Shown piece by piece: positions 20,827 through 30,804 of a stretch of 64,000 nucleotides of DNA. The translations under genes and the position numbers were made by a program. The notes beneath the pieces were generated by a model. It ran no database searches. It saw only the letters and a program-made list of their open reading frames with translations, and was not told the DNA's origin. The stretch's first letter is position 1, and each line of letters begins with the position of its first letter. Source of the stretch: Promethearchaeota archaeon. GTDB lineage: Archaea > Asgardarchaeota > Lokiarchaeia > Sigyniarchaeales > SOKP01. The stretch lies in the NCBI GenBank assembly GCA_019058365.1, contig JAHPZE010000013.1, positions 1 through 64,000 of the forward strand, written 5' to 3'.

Positions 20827-21816
20827 ATGAAATCAAAGAGAAAAACAAAAACAATAATTTTATTAATTTTAGGAATCAACTTTCTTTTCTTACCTATAAT
20901 TATCACCAATCTAAGGTTTACTGACATTGATCGCAATTTCGATTATGATAATTTAAAAATTTCATTAGTATCAGAAACAATCCATATAAACGGTAATTCT
21001 GGCTGGACAGCATTCAAAGCTACAGGAAATTGTACAGGGATTGGTACTTATTCCAACCCTTATATAATTGAAGATTTAATAATAGATACAGGAGGTTTTG
21101 GAATTGGTATCTTGATTGAGAATTCCGATGTTTACTTTAAAATTGAAAATTGTACAGTTTATAATTCAGGAGGAGTTCTTAACGCAGGAATCAACTTATT
21201 ATATGTCAATAATGGTCAATTAATTGATAATAATTGTTCAACTAATTGGGCTGGGATATATTTACGCGGTTGTAATAATAGCACCATTTCGGGAAACACC
21301 GCAAATGGCAATAACGATGGGATAGCTTTAATTGCTAGTGATTTTAACATGGTTTCGGGGAACATGGCTAATAATAACGCCAGGGGAGGGATATTTTTAT
21401 ATGGTTGTGATAAAAGCACGGTGTCGGGAAATACTGCAGATGACAATAGCGAGGGGATATCATTATTAATTAATAATTATACTGTAATTTCGGGAAACAA
21501 TGTATATAACAATTCTTATGGAATATATTTAGAGAGGAGTAATAACAACGCTATTTCTGAAAATATAGCAAATAATAACGGTTTTGGGATATATTTAATG
21601 GATAGGAGTAACTATAACAACATCTTCGGTAATACATTAATTGGAAATGATGAATGCATTGTAGAAGAAAATTGCCAAGGAAATATATTTAGCGATAATG
21701 GTTCTTGTTTATATGGTCAAGGTGGTGGAGGAATTCCCGGATATAATCTATTCCTCTTATTTGGTATTCTTCCAATTGTCACAATCGTTATAGGTAAAAA
21801 AGTAAAAAAATCCTAA
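20827..21816 (+). CDS. NosD/CASH parallel beta-helix surface protein with Loki-CTERM-like anchor
   Basis: GIYL...N.TISGN repeats; signal peptide; C-terminal IPGY-TM-KKVKK. Confidence 0.88.
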   Translation: MKSKRKTKTIILLILGINFLFLPIIITNLRFTDIDRNFDYDNLKISLVSETIHINGNSGWTAFKATGNCTGIGTYSNPYIIEDLIIDTGGFGIGILIENSDVYFKIENCTVYNSGGVLNAGINLLYVNNGQLIDNNCSTNWAGIYLRGCNNSTISGNTANGNNDGIALIASDFNMVSGNMANNNARGGIFLYGCDKSTVSGNTADDNSEGISLLINNYTVISGNNVYNNSYGIYLERSNNNAISENIANNNGFGIYLMDRSNYNNIFGNTLIGNDECIVEENCQGNIFSDNGSCLYGQGGGGIPGYNLFLLFGILPIVTIVIGKKVKKS

Positions 21817-21961
21817 AATCTAATTATTTTTTTGATTAGTTTTTTCATAGGATTATTCATTGATATCAGACTCTGAATTTACCTTTCAAGAATTTATATG
21901 AAGATTTTTTCAGTTGTTAAGAATCATATATGTTGCATTATTCTAGAAAATATATCCTCTC

Positions 21962-22564
21962 TTGAAAGATATTCAAATGAGCAGAATTAAGTTTAAATTT
22001 AGTGAATTAAAACTAAGAACTATAACTTTAATCCAAGTTACAATAGCAATAGTAATTTCCATGATATTCCAGTTTTTGATACCTTTTTCTTGGCAACCAT
22101 TAGACACTTTTCTTTATGGTGTAAGACTACATGGAGATCCAGGAACAAATTTAGTTATTTTTACAATAAGCCAATGGTATTTCTCATTTTCATTAGCATG
22201 GCTTATTTACCGCGATAATCTATATATAAATAATTTTTTAATTTATTCGATTGTACCACTTGGAATAATTTTTGTTTATGAATTCTTTTTCTTATTCCTC
22301 TATTATGATTATATTCATGTGGTACCCTTCATTCTCGACATTTATTTGATTTTGAAGAAAAAGAAAACATTTTCTCAAAAATTAGGTATTTATATTATTG
22401 CATTGAATATTTGTTGGTTAATTTTGGTATACTTCTTAAAATTAGCTTATTATAATGAAGACTCATTGGTATTCCTAAGAAATATCTTAATATATTCAGT
22501 TTTATGGATTTTATTATCATTTCTGTTTAGAGCTGAAAAAATGGATGAAAATAACCTTATTTAA
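21962..22564 (+). CDS. Multi-pass membrane protein
   Basis: About 6 hydrophobic helices. Confidence 0.7.
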   Translation: MKDIQMSRIKFKFSELKLRTITLIQVTIAIVISMIFQFLIPFSWQPLDTFLYGVRLHGDPGTNLVIFTISQWYFSFSLAWLIYRDNLYINNFLIYSIVPLGIIFVYEFFFLFLYYDYIHVVPFILDIYLILKKKKTFSQKLGIYIIALNICWLILVYFLKLAYYNEDSLVFLRNILIYSVLWILLSFLFRAEKMDENNLI

Positions 22565-22715
22565 TAGGTGTATTACAATATGGACAAATATCTGTATTAC
22601 CATTGATTTTTTCTCCACATGCAAAACAGAATAAATTATCAACTCCATATAATATCTTTTCTTCATCTTTCTCAGAATTGCTATCTTTCGATTCACTTAA
22701 ATTTTTATCAGACAT
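22557..22715 (-). CDS. Small zinc-ribbon protein (52 aa), below the ORF-track cutoff
   Basis: MSDKNL...LFCFACGEKINGNTDICPYCNTPIK. Confidence 0.75.
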   Translation of the reverse strand: MSDKNLSESKDSNSEKDEEKILYGVDNLFCFACGEKINGNTDICPYCNTPIK

Positions 22716-22881
22716 TGTTTTAATTTGAAATAGGAATGAAATTAAATATTGTATTAATGAGAATGTTTAATAAAAAATTGGAGTCCGATCTTTAAGACAT
22801 GATAAAGATAACAAAATTTAAGAGTTTGAAATTATTTATATATTTATATTATAATTATCAAATCGAGTAGATTAAAAGAAA

Positions 22882-23085
22882 ATGCCCGGGTCTCATGGTT
22901 CTTTAACAAAAGCAGGAAAAGTCAAAATGCAAACTCCTAAAATTGAGCGAAGTGGTATAAATGCTAAAAAGAAAAGAATTCCAAGAATGCGATTCCGAGA
23001 ATTATATGCAATTAGAATTGTAAAAGGCCGATTTGGAGGTCAAAAAGACAGTCTTGGGGCTAAAAGGTCTCAATTTTCGAGATAA
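22882..23085 (+). CDS. rps30e: 30S ribosomal protein eS30
   Basis: SHGSLTKAGKVKMQTPKI signature. Confidence 0.95.
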   Translation: MPGSHGSLTKAGKVKMQTPKIERSGINAKKKRIPRMRFRELYAIRIVKGRFGGQKDSLGAKRSQFSR

Positions 23086-23101
23086 TAAAAAAAATCTTAT
23101 T

Positions 23102-24991
23102 CTAAGCATTTATTCCTATCATTTGAAGTTGATTTCTTAATTTCTGACTCTGTTTTAAATAAAACTGAGATTTATCATGATTTTCTTCAAAAGTATTATA
23201 GAAATCAACCATTAATAAATTCCAACGTATTCCCCTTTTCATATTGCTTATTTCTTTTAGATATATTTCATTCTCAAGATTTTTGAGCAAATAATAGGCT
23301 CTTCGCGAATCCTTCTTATGATGAATATAAAATTCGGACAATTCAAGCATTAAGTCTGTCAAAACTTTAAGTATTTTCTTGTTTTCAAAATTTAAACCAA
23401 CTGTATCAAATCCTGCTTTCAAAAATTTCTGTGCTAGTGTAAGATTGCCTCGTTTTTTATAAAAAATTGCTCGGTGCAGAAAATATTTTAATTTCACTTT
23501 TAAACTATTATCTCCAATTAGGAATGCGTTCTTAAAGTATATTTTAGAACCATCAACATCATTTTGTTCTAAATGAATTAAACCAATGTAGAGATAAGCT
23601 GACCCCAAAAACTCTTCTTTTCTAAAAGAAATTTCTTCTTTTTCTAAAAAGGTTATTATAATTCTAAAATGATTTAGTGCTTCTTGAAAATCCTTCCTTT
23701 TATAATAGGTAACTCCGAGTTTATAATGAACTTTTATAATAAAATCTATTGGAATTTCTCCAGATTTTGCTACACCTAATGCATTTTGTAAATAATTAAG
23801 AGCTGTATCTTCGTGGTTTAAGAGTTTTGCGATTTTTCTCAATTTTAATAAGATTGACACGACAATTTTACGTTGTTGATTTTTGTTAAATACAATTAAA
23901 GAATCATTCAGAATATTAGCTGCTTCTTCAAATCTATAGTTCTTTATTAATTCTTCAGCTTCAATATATTGATTTATTGATTCAATTACTTCAAAATTAG
24001 TTGGGGGTTTATTGAATAAATCATTATGGATATTGAATAATTCTTTTGTTATTACACTTTCATAACTTAAGGCAGAGAAGGGGAAATTATTGTGATCTTC
24101 TATAAAATTTTGATTCCCATAGATGAGCTCTTTAACTGGTCGAAAATTAATAAATTCAGTTTGGTTTATATTTCTTTTTTGAATGATTTCTACTAGAGAA
24201 TTTAAAATTAAGCGTGTAAATTGAATCCAATTTTCAACAAATGATTCTAATTTAAACTCAGAATTATCTTTAAATAATTCATTTAAAATATAAGGTGTAT
24301 AACTATCAAATAAGCCCCTAAGATGAAATTTATTATATTCTAAATCTTTGAAATATGTGAAGTAGCCTTTCTCTAAAATAAAAAACTCGTCTAAAGAGCT
24401 ATCATTTGAAAAGAGTAAAGTTTCAGAGGTTCTAAGCTTGGGAATTCCATATTTTAATTCCCAAGGTATTTTAAAGCTGGGTATTAATCCAGTATTTTGA
24501 AGGGATTCTACAATTTTACTTAAATTTGTATTAGAAAAGTCTTTAAGTCTATCTCTTTTATTCATCAGTGAAATCCGTATACGGTTTAACCATGAATTTT
24601 CTTTTTCATTGTTGATAAGTTCTGGAATTAATAAATTTAATAGATTACTAACTTGCTGCTTTTTACCTTGTAAAGGGAAAACATGTTCAAGAGTTAAAGA
24701 TATTGCTAAATTTCGCAATGCTTTCATAAGATAAAGAATTACTCTATAAGTTTTTTTTTCTAAATTCCAGAATTGAAAAGCTACTGAAATTCGAAAACTT
24801 ACAACTTCAAATGGGACGTTAATTCTTATTGGTAGAGTTATTGGAAATTTGATTGTAAATAGGAGTAGCTTCTCCTTTTTTAAACTATAGCGAAAATAGT
24901 TTTCAATAGTTCCTTCTATCTTCCATCCATTTTTTTCGATTAATTCTCTTAAATTTTTTATCTCATTTGAAGAAAGAGGAGAAATTGACAT
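23102..24991 (-). CDS. TPR-repeat protein with unknown N-terminal domain
   Basis: HYKLGVTYYKRKDFQEALNHF and AYLYIGLIH TPR-like helices. Confidence 0.75.
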   Translation of the reverse strand: MSISPLSSNEIKNLRELIEKNGWKIEGTIENYFRYSLKKEKLLLFTIKFPITLPIRINVPFEVVSFRISVAFQFWNLEKKTYRVILYLMKALRNLAISLTLEHVFPLQGKKQQVSNLLNLLIPELINNEKENSWLNRIRISLMNKRDRLKDFSNTNLSKIVESLQNTGLIPSFKIPWELKYGIPKLRTSETLLFSNDSSLDEFFILEKGYFTYFKDLEYNKFHLRGLFDSYTPYILNELFKDNSEFKLESFVENWIQFTRLILNSLVEIIQKRNINQTEFINFRPVKELIYGNQNFIEDHNNFPFSALSYESVITKELFNIHNDLFNKPPTNFEVIESINQYIEAEELIKNYRFEEAANILNDSLIVFNKNQQRKIVVSILLKLRKIAKLLNHEDTALNYLQNALGVAKSGEIPIDFIIKVHYKLGVTYYKRKDFQEALNHFRIIITFLEKEEISFRKEEFLGSAYLYIGLIHLEQNDVDGSKIYFKNAFLIGDNSLKVKLKYFLHRAIFYKKRGNLTLAQKFLKAGFDTVGLNFENKKILKVLTDLMLELSEFYIHHKKDSRRAYYLLKNLENEIYLKEISNMKRGIRWNLLMVDFYNTFEENHDKSQFYLKQSQKLRNQLQMIGINA

Positions 24992-25156
24992 AAACCAGTT
25001 GCTCTTAAGTTATTATTGTTCTCAGAGATATTATATACTCTTATATAACTAGTAGTGATTTAAAATATTAAATTTTGTATTACCACTCGAAAAAAGATTT
25101 TATATTTGAATTTATTTGTAAACATTGTATTTAAAAGAATAAAAAAAGAGTCTATC

Positions 25157-25834
25157 ATGGACATTACACAATTTAATAAAGAGCTTGGAATGAAAATTGC
25201 AATAGCAAAAAGATTTGAAAAAAAAGGTGATATAAAGGCTGCGATCCAAGAATGGATAGATATATCTGAGATGGCACTTAATTTTTCAAAATATCCAAAA
25301 ATAGACGTTTCATTTAAGAATATGATTATTAATAGGACTAAAGGTATTTTTATACACATTAAAGAGTTAAAAGCTGGGCAATTTAAAGAAGAAATATATG
25401 TAGATGATTTAAAATATCTAGAAGAAGAACCTACTCCAGAAATATCATCAAAAAAGATTCTAGGAGAGGAAGGAAAACAAATAAATCAAAATTCCATTTT
25501 AAAATCAACTGTTAACAGTGAATCGAAAATTATTGAAGATTCTGAATTTAAAGAATTACCAAAAGGATTTAAAGAAATTCAACCCTCAGAAGACTTTACG
25601 ATAATTACTCCCCATGATGAAGAATTCGTTAAAAAACAGCGTGCTAAAGCAGAAGAAAGTGGAATATTCAAGCCAAGTAAACAAGACCCTTCAGACGGAG
25701 TCAATAAACCAGCTGATAGGATAGATTTTGAGCAGCCTAAAGATAGTAATAATCTTATTTGTTTTGCATGTGGTTATGATAAAAATGCTCTAACTGATAA
25801 AGTCTGTAAGAATTGTGGAACAGATTTGAATTAG
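25157..25834 (+). CDS. MIT-like three-helix domain, disordered linker and C-terminal zinc ribbon
   Basis: IAKRFEKKGDIKAAIQEW helix pattern; CFACG...CKNCG. Confidence 0.6.
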   Translation: MDITQFNKELGMKIAIAKRFEKKGDIKAAIQEWIDISEMALNFSKYPKIDVSFKNMIINRTKGIFIHIKELKAGQFKEEIYVDDLKYLEEEPTPEISSKKILGEEGKQINQNSILKSTVNSESKIIEDSEFKELPKGFKEIQPSEDFTIITPHDEEFVKKQRAKAEESGIFKPSKQDPSDGVNKPADRIDFEQPKDSNNLICFACGYDKNALTDKVCKNCGTDLN

Positions 25835-26517
25835 AAGTTCTCAAATTTATTCATGTCTTCAAATCTAAAAACTCCAAATCGTTCTGATCTCTTTCTTTTC
25901 AATGCGTATTCCCAACCCATTTTAGTATCTTTTAAACATAGTTGGGTTCTATATCCTTTCATTAATTCATAAATCTTATTTTGATATTGTACCACATTTA
26001 TTTTGATTTGCTTTTCTTTTGGAGCCTTTAAAACATTATACAAGGCATAAATATAGAATTCAGCATTTTTTAAATTAGCTTCTTTCGCTGCTCTTTTGGC
26101 TATAGTATGAGTAGCTTGATGATCTACATGATTATTGTTATCACTAGGGAGAACAATCCTATCTGCATCTTTTATTATTTCTTTAGCTAAAATCACCCCA
26201 AAATCAACATTATTCATAGCATCTTGGTCATGAAACTTAAAAAAATAAACATTTTTTTTTAAGAAACCAAAAGCCTTAGAAACTTGTATTGCTTCTTTTA
26301 AAGCAATTTTAGCAATTTCATCTTCGCTGAGATTAATGAAATCTTTTGCTTCTTCTAAAAGGAGTTGGTTATACTTTAATCCCCATGAAATTAATACTCT
26401 ATTGTCTGTAACATATATAACATGGACATCATGTCCTTCTTCCATCCACTTTAAGATACTACCACCGCATCCAAAAATTTCATCATCGGGATGAGGCGCA
26501 AAAACAACAATTTTCAT
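25831..26517 (-). CDS. PIG-L/LmbE-family deacetylase
   Basis: APHPDDE..GCGG and H.DH motifs. Confidence 0.9.
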   Translation of the reverse strand: MKIVVFAPHPDDEIFGCGGSILKWMEEGHDVHVIYVTDNRVLISWGLKYNQLLLEEAKDFINLSEDEIAKIALKEAIQVSKAFGFLKKNVYFFKFHDQDAMNNVDFGVILAKEIIKDADRIVLPSDNNNHVDHQATHTIAKRAAKEANLKNAEFYIYALYNVLKAPKEKQIKINVVQYQNKIYELMKGYRTQLCLKDTKMGWEYALKRKRSERFGVFRFEDMNKFENF

Positions 26518-27071
26518 GATTTTATATTTCTATATGAAGATTTAATTTTTTTATATTTCTCAATAGCACGATCTCGCCAAACTGTATTCCATTTTTTAAA
26601 TCCGGATTTCACATATTTTTCTCTTTTAAAAATATCATAGCAAACCCAATTAAATAATACAAAGAATCTTTTGGCTCCACTTTTCTTTGTTAACCTTTTT
26701 GATCTCACGCCTAAATCATTTTGAAGGTGCTCAATTAGTTTTCCTTCAACAGCATCCTGTAATTTCCCTTCGACTATAGCATCTTCATAATGTATCCCTT
26801 CTTCTATAAAGTAATTCCTTACTTGGTCAAAAATATTACCTCTACAAATTTCTATCTTTTCAGTATGATTTTGAAAATTTAGTTCTTTTAGTCCTTCTTG
26901 TACAAGTTCAACAACAATCTCAAAGGGCTTTTTGTTTTTCCAGTTTTCGCCTTGAAAAAGCTGAACAGGTAATGTTTTAAAAACCAATTCTCCAGTTTCT
27001 TTTCTTAAAAGACCAATAAATACATCTCCTACTAAATCTCCTGTTCCTGCATCATCAATTTCAATTGTCAT
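26514..27071 (-). CDS. Conserved archaeal protein, possible RNase H-like fold
   Basis: IEIDDAGTGDLVG resembles the RNase HII N-terminal motif. Confidence 0.55.
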   Translation of the reverse strand: MTIEIDDAGTGDLVGDVFIGLLRKETGELVFKTLPVQLFQGENWKNKKPFEIVVELVQEGLKELNFQNHTEKIEICRGNIFDQVRNYFIEEGIHYEDAIVEGKLQDAVEGKLIEHLQNDLGVRSKRLTKKSGAKRFFVLFNWVCYDIFKREKYVKSGFKKWNTVWRDRAIEKYKKIKSSYRNIKS

Positions 27072-27220
27072 TGTTAATCGATGTTTAATGTTCTGATTTA
27101 TAGAATAATATAAAATTAAAAGTATCTAATTTTATTAAATTAGACTTTAAAGAAAGATTTAATGAAATTAGTTAATTTATTTCAATATAAAAATTTTTTA
27201 AATTTTTTTAAGGATTTATT

Positions 27221-28015
27221 ATGAAAGTTGAACTCTTGATTATTGGAAATGAAATCCTTATTGGAAAGACTCAAGACACAAATTCTAATTGGATGGCAAA
27301 AAGAATTACGAAGTATGGACATCAAGTTAAAAGGATTACCACTATCGGAGATAAGGTTAAGACCATTTCGGAAACAATTCAAAGAATATTACAGCGTAAA
27401 CCTGATATAATTATAACATCAGGAGGAATTGGACCTACTTTTGATGATATGACCTTAGAAGGTATTGCTTCTGGTATAAATCGAAAGTTAGAGTTAAATG
27501 AGCACGCTTATAATTCAATTAAGAAAGCTTATGAAAACGCATTTCATAAAGGACTTCTTAAACTTGAAGGAATGACAAAAGAGAGAAAAAAGATGTCTTA
27601 TCTCCCACAAAGATCCATTCCTTTACCTAATACTGTAGGTACGGCGCCGGGAGTCAAGATTGTTGAAGGAAATTCAACAATTTTCATACTTCCTGGAGTA
27701 CCTGCCGAGATGAAAGCTATTTTTAGAAATATAATAGTACCAATTTTAAAAGAGCAACAAAGTAACTTCATTGAAAAAGGCTTTATTTTTTTAGGCATTG
27801 GGGAAAGTCAGATCGCAGCATATACAAATGAGTTAGAGAAAAAATATCCCCAACTTTGGATTAAAACACATCCTAGAATTGGCTTATCTGTTGAGGTGGA
27901 GGTATCTATAACTGCATTTAATGTAAAGAATGGTGAAAAATTAATAGACAAAGTCTTAAATGAAATTAGAGAAATTGTTACACAACTTGATGGTAAAATA
28001 ATGGAAAGAACATAA
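27221..28015 (+). CDS. cinA: CinA-like molybdopterin-binding-domain protein
   Basis: IGNEILIG..QDTNS, SGGIGPTFDDMT, GTAPG, LPGVP.EM. Confidence 0.85.
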   Translation: MKVELLIIGNEILIGKTQDTNSNWMAKRITKYGHQVKRITTIGDKVKTISETIQRILQRKPDIIITSGGIGPTFDDMTLEGIASGINRKLELNEHAYNSIKKAYENAFHKGLLKLEGMTKERKKMSYLPQRSIPLPNTVGTAPGVKIVEGNSTIFILPGVPAEMKAIFRNIIVPILKEQQSNFIEKGFIFLGIGESQIAAYTNELEKKYPQLWIKTHPRIGLSVEVEVSITAFNVKNGEKLIDKVLNEIREIVTQLDGKIMERT

Positions 28016-28025
28016 CGCTAATTTT

Positions 28026-28095
28026 GATGCCACTTCGCAGGTGGAACTTTCAATAAGCACCCATATGAAATGTTTAAGCTTATTTCATTAACATC
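28026..28095 (-). promoter_or_regulatory. Eukaryote-like SECIS element of selD copy 1
   Basis: GAUGU-ua-AUGA-AAUAAGC...AAA...GCUUAUU-GA...GCAUC directly after the stop codon. Confidence 0.85.
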
Positions 28096-28096
28096 T

Positions 28097-29122
28097 TTAA
28101 ATATTCGTAATTTCAAGATTTTGGACATTTTCTGAAATTCTGACTATACCTAGTTCGTCTTTAATTATTGTGCCAACTGTCCAGTTTGGTATTTTATTAC
28201 TAGTAAGCACGGTTGTAAATTCTTCTACTTTGGTAGGATCGACAGAAAGAAGCATACCTCCTGCCGTTTCATGACACATGCAATCATCAAAAGAATACCC
28301 TAATTCATGAGATAATTCTTCAGATAATTTTATCGAAGGAATAGTATCAATGATCGCAGATAATTTTGAATTCTGAAGCATTTCAGCAGTATGACCCGCC
28401 AAACCAAATCCAGTAATATCACTTAACGCATGGATAAATGAAAAATCCTTATATGAATGAATTGTTTTTACAACATTCTGATTTGAAGTAGTCATTATTT
28501 TTATAGCAAGGTTAATCGATTTTTGGAGTTCATTAACAGAATAATGTTCAAGCATTTCTGGAAAATCCTTAAGAAGCCTGTATGATGCCATAATTGCCTG
28601 TAATCCTATCGGTTTGGTTAAAATTAATTTATCTCCTTTCTTTACTCCTTGTTTTCGAATAATTGAATCCTTAAGTACATATCCAGAAGCTTCACCTCCC
28701 ATTAATGGCCATTCACTATAAATCGTGTGTCCCCCAACAATGCTGGAATTAATCTTTTTCTCCATGAAGTATTTTATTCCTCTTAGAATTCCTTCAGCAA
28801 CTTCTATTGGAGTTCTATTACTTATAGCTAAGAATACAAGCATTCCTGATATCTCAGGTACGTTCATCGCAAATATATCGTTTGTTACATTACACGCAGC
28901 AATTTCACCTTGAATTTCGGGCTCATCTATGATAGGTGTAAATATATCGATATTTTTGACAAGAACCAAATCACTATGTGGTATTGGTATAATAGCAGCA
29001 TCTTCACTGGTTCCAGCGAGTCCTACCTTAGTTAATAGTTTATTTAGATCGTTTTGTCCTAGCTTACAGCTTCAACCATGAATTCTAACGTCATTTGTAA
29101 GCCTATATGCTGGTTTTTCCAT
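28097..29122 (-). CDS. selD: Selenide, water dikinase (selenoprotein; Sec17 at TGA 29074-29072)
   Basis: MEKPAYRLT...HG-U-SCK in frame with the 290-aa ORF; GAGGTG RBS; EDAA, DIFTP, GGHT, DITGFGL.GH, ETAGGML. Confidence 0.93.
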
Positions 29123-29258
29123 TTTCACCTCACATTAATAATTTTATCCAATTCAATTAAGATTTTCAATATATTATACTATACAATTATTTTTTATTAA
29201 ATTCATTAAATTTACTCGCAAATTTCAAAAAAATGGGTTTAGTTTAGTTTTAAAATCC

Positions 29259-30554
29259 TTAGTTTAACATTTCGAGGAATGCTTCAATTCTAGTTTCTAG
29301 AGATCCTTCATCCTCAGAAGAATAATCAGTAGATATTGAAAGTACAGGTATACCTTCTTCTTTAAGCTGTTTTTCTAAACGAATAGCTTCTATATCATAG
29401 GGTTGGCAAAAATTTAATGTATAAAGTAAAACACCATCAACATTGTAATCTTTCACTAGCTTTGTAATATCCTCTTTACGTCCTTCATTTGGAGTAAAAC
29501 AAGCGCAATTAATACCTAAGTATCTGTCAGCAATAACTTCAAGAAGCTCATCTATTGTGTTTCCTTTTATTTCATATTCAGAATCAAAGTATCTGGTCCC
29601 AGTACACGTTTCCTCTGCTACTATAACAGCTCCTTTAGATTCTACTAAATCATGTATTTTCCAATTTGGGACTGCCATAGGAGTTCCGCTTACTAAAATC
29701 CTTTTTGATCCTTTCTCCATGACCCCAACATGCTTATTTACACGTTCTTCTAACTCATCAGCAAGTTTTCCTACCATTTGAATTTGACGCTCGGGATCAT
29801 CGTAGAAAGCAATTTGAGAGACTAATAAAGCATCCTTTCCCGATATTGGTACTGGATCTGCCTTTCTTGTCTCATATAATCTTTTTAACTGTTCCCTCTT
29901 CTTCTTTATTTTCTCCATCGATATTCTCAAATTTTCAGCGTAAAGTTTGTTCCCGGTTACTTCTTCCAATTTTTTAATTAATCCTTTTAATTCCTCAAGA
30001 AAATGAGCCTTAGCTTGAGGTCGAGTTTTGCATTGTGGTGTCTCGACAATGTATATTGGTTTAAATTCACCAATTACCTCCCATGCTTTTTTTTTACCAT
30101 CACAAGTTGTTTCACCAATCAAAATGTCTGTTATTGCGTAATAAGGGCAAATATTTCCAATACCAAATCCTAATGCAGATTTAATCAAAGCACAAATGTT
30201 TATTGGTAATAAGTCCTCTGAAGCAAAGTTGGAGAAATTAGTTCCTCCACATAAACCGACACCAATAGCATCTAAAGCAAATATTATCTCATCTGGAATG
30301 TACAAACAAAAAGTTCCAATGATTTTTTTACCCTCTTCTTTTGCTTTCTTAAGTTCGCTAACTCGAATACCGTGTATATCACCAACAACAAAATCAAAGA
30401 ATCCCATCCCTTTTGGTCTATTTTTCTGTGAATCAATGAATACTTTTTTAAATATATCTGGTAATACTGCTAAAAGTTGATCATGTTTTTCAATATCTAA
30501 ACCCAATTCTTTCCACATTGGGTACCAATCAGTTTTTTCTGTTGTCATCTTCAT
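29259..30554 (-). CDS. 2-hydroxyacyl-CoA dehydratase family, double-cubane-cluster-type reductase
   Basis: GTFCLYIP, GLCGG, NICALIKS, CPY, GETTCDGKKK, EETCTGTRY, INCACFTPN, FC.PY, TRIEAFLE. Confidence 0.85.
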   Translation of the reverse strand: MKMTTEKTDWYPMWKELGLDIEKHDQLLAVLPDIFKKVFIDSQKNRPKGMGFFDFVVGDIHGIRVSELKKAKEEGKKIIGTFCLYIPDEIIFALDAIGVGLCGGTNFSNFASEDLLPINICALIKSALGFGIGNICPYYAITDILIGETTCDGKKKAWEVIGEFKPIYIVETPQCKTRPQAKAHFLEELKGLIKKLEEVTGNKLYAENLRISMEKIKKKREQLKRLYETRKADPVPISGKDALLVSQIAFYDDPERQIQMVGKLADELEERVNKHVGVMEKGSKRILVSGTPMAVPNWKIHDLVESKGAVIVAEETCTGTRYFDSEYEIKGNTIDELLEVIADRYLGINCACFTPNEGRKEDITKLVKDYNVDGVLLYTLNFCQPYDIEAIRLEKQLKEEGIPVLSISTDYSSEDEGSLETRIEAFLEMLN

Positions 30555-30733
30555 TATACCAATTATTTTTTAGTTTAATGGTATTTGAAGTAATTTTTTC
30601 TTTTTATTAATCTTTTCGATATTATTTATTGATTATTTCGATAATTAAAAAAACAAGACTATAACTAATAACAGTAAGTAAAAATGAAATTTTTGAAAAA
30701 ATTAAGATATATAAAGAATTACTAATATTTTTT

Positions 30734-30803
30734 GATGCTGTTGAGCAACAGGATTCTCGATAAGCCCCCACAATACTGTGTTTTTGCTTATTTCATAGAC
30801 ATC
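30734..30803 (-). promoter_or_regulatory. Eukaryote-like SECIS element of selD copy 2
   Basis: GAUGU-cu-AUGA-AAUAAGC-AAAAA-CACAguauUGUG-GGG-GCUUAUC-GA...CAUC directly after the stop codon. Confidence 0.87.
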
Positions 30804-30804
30804 A

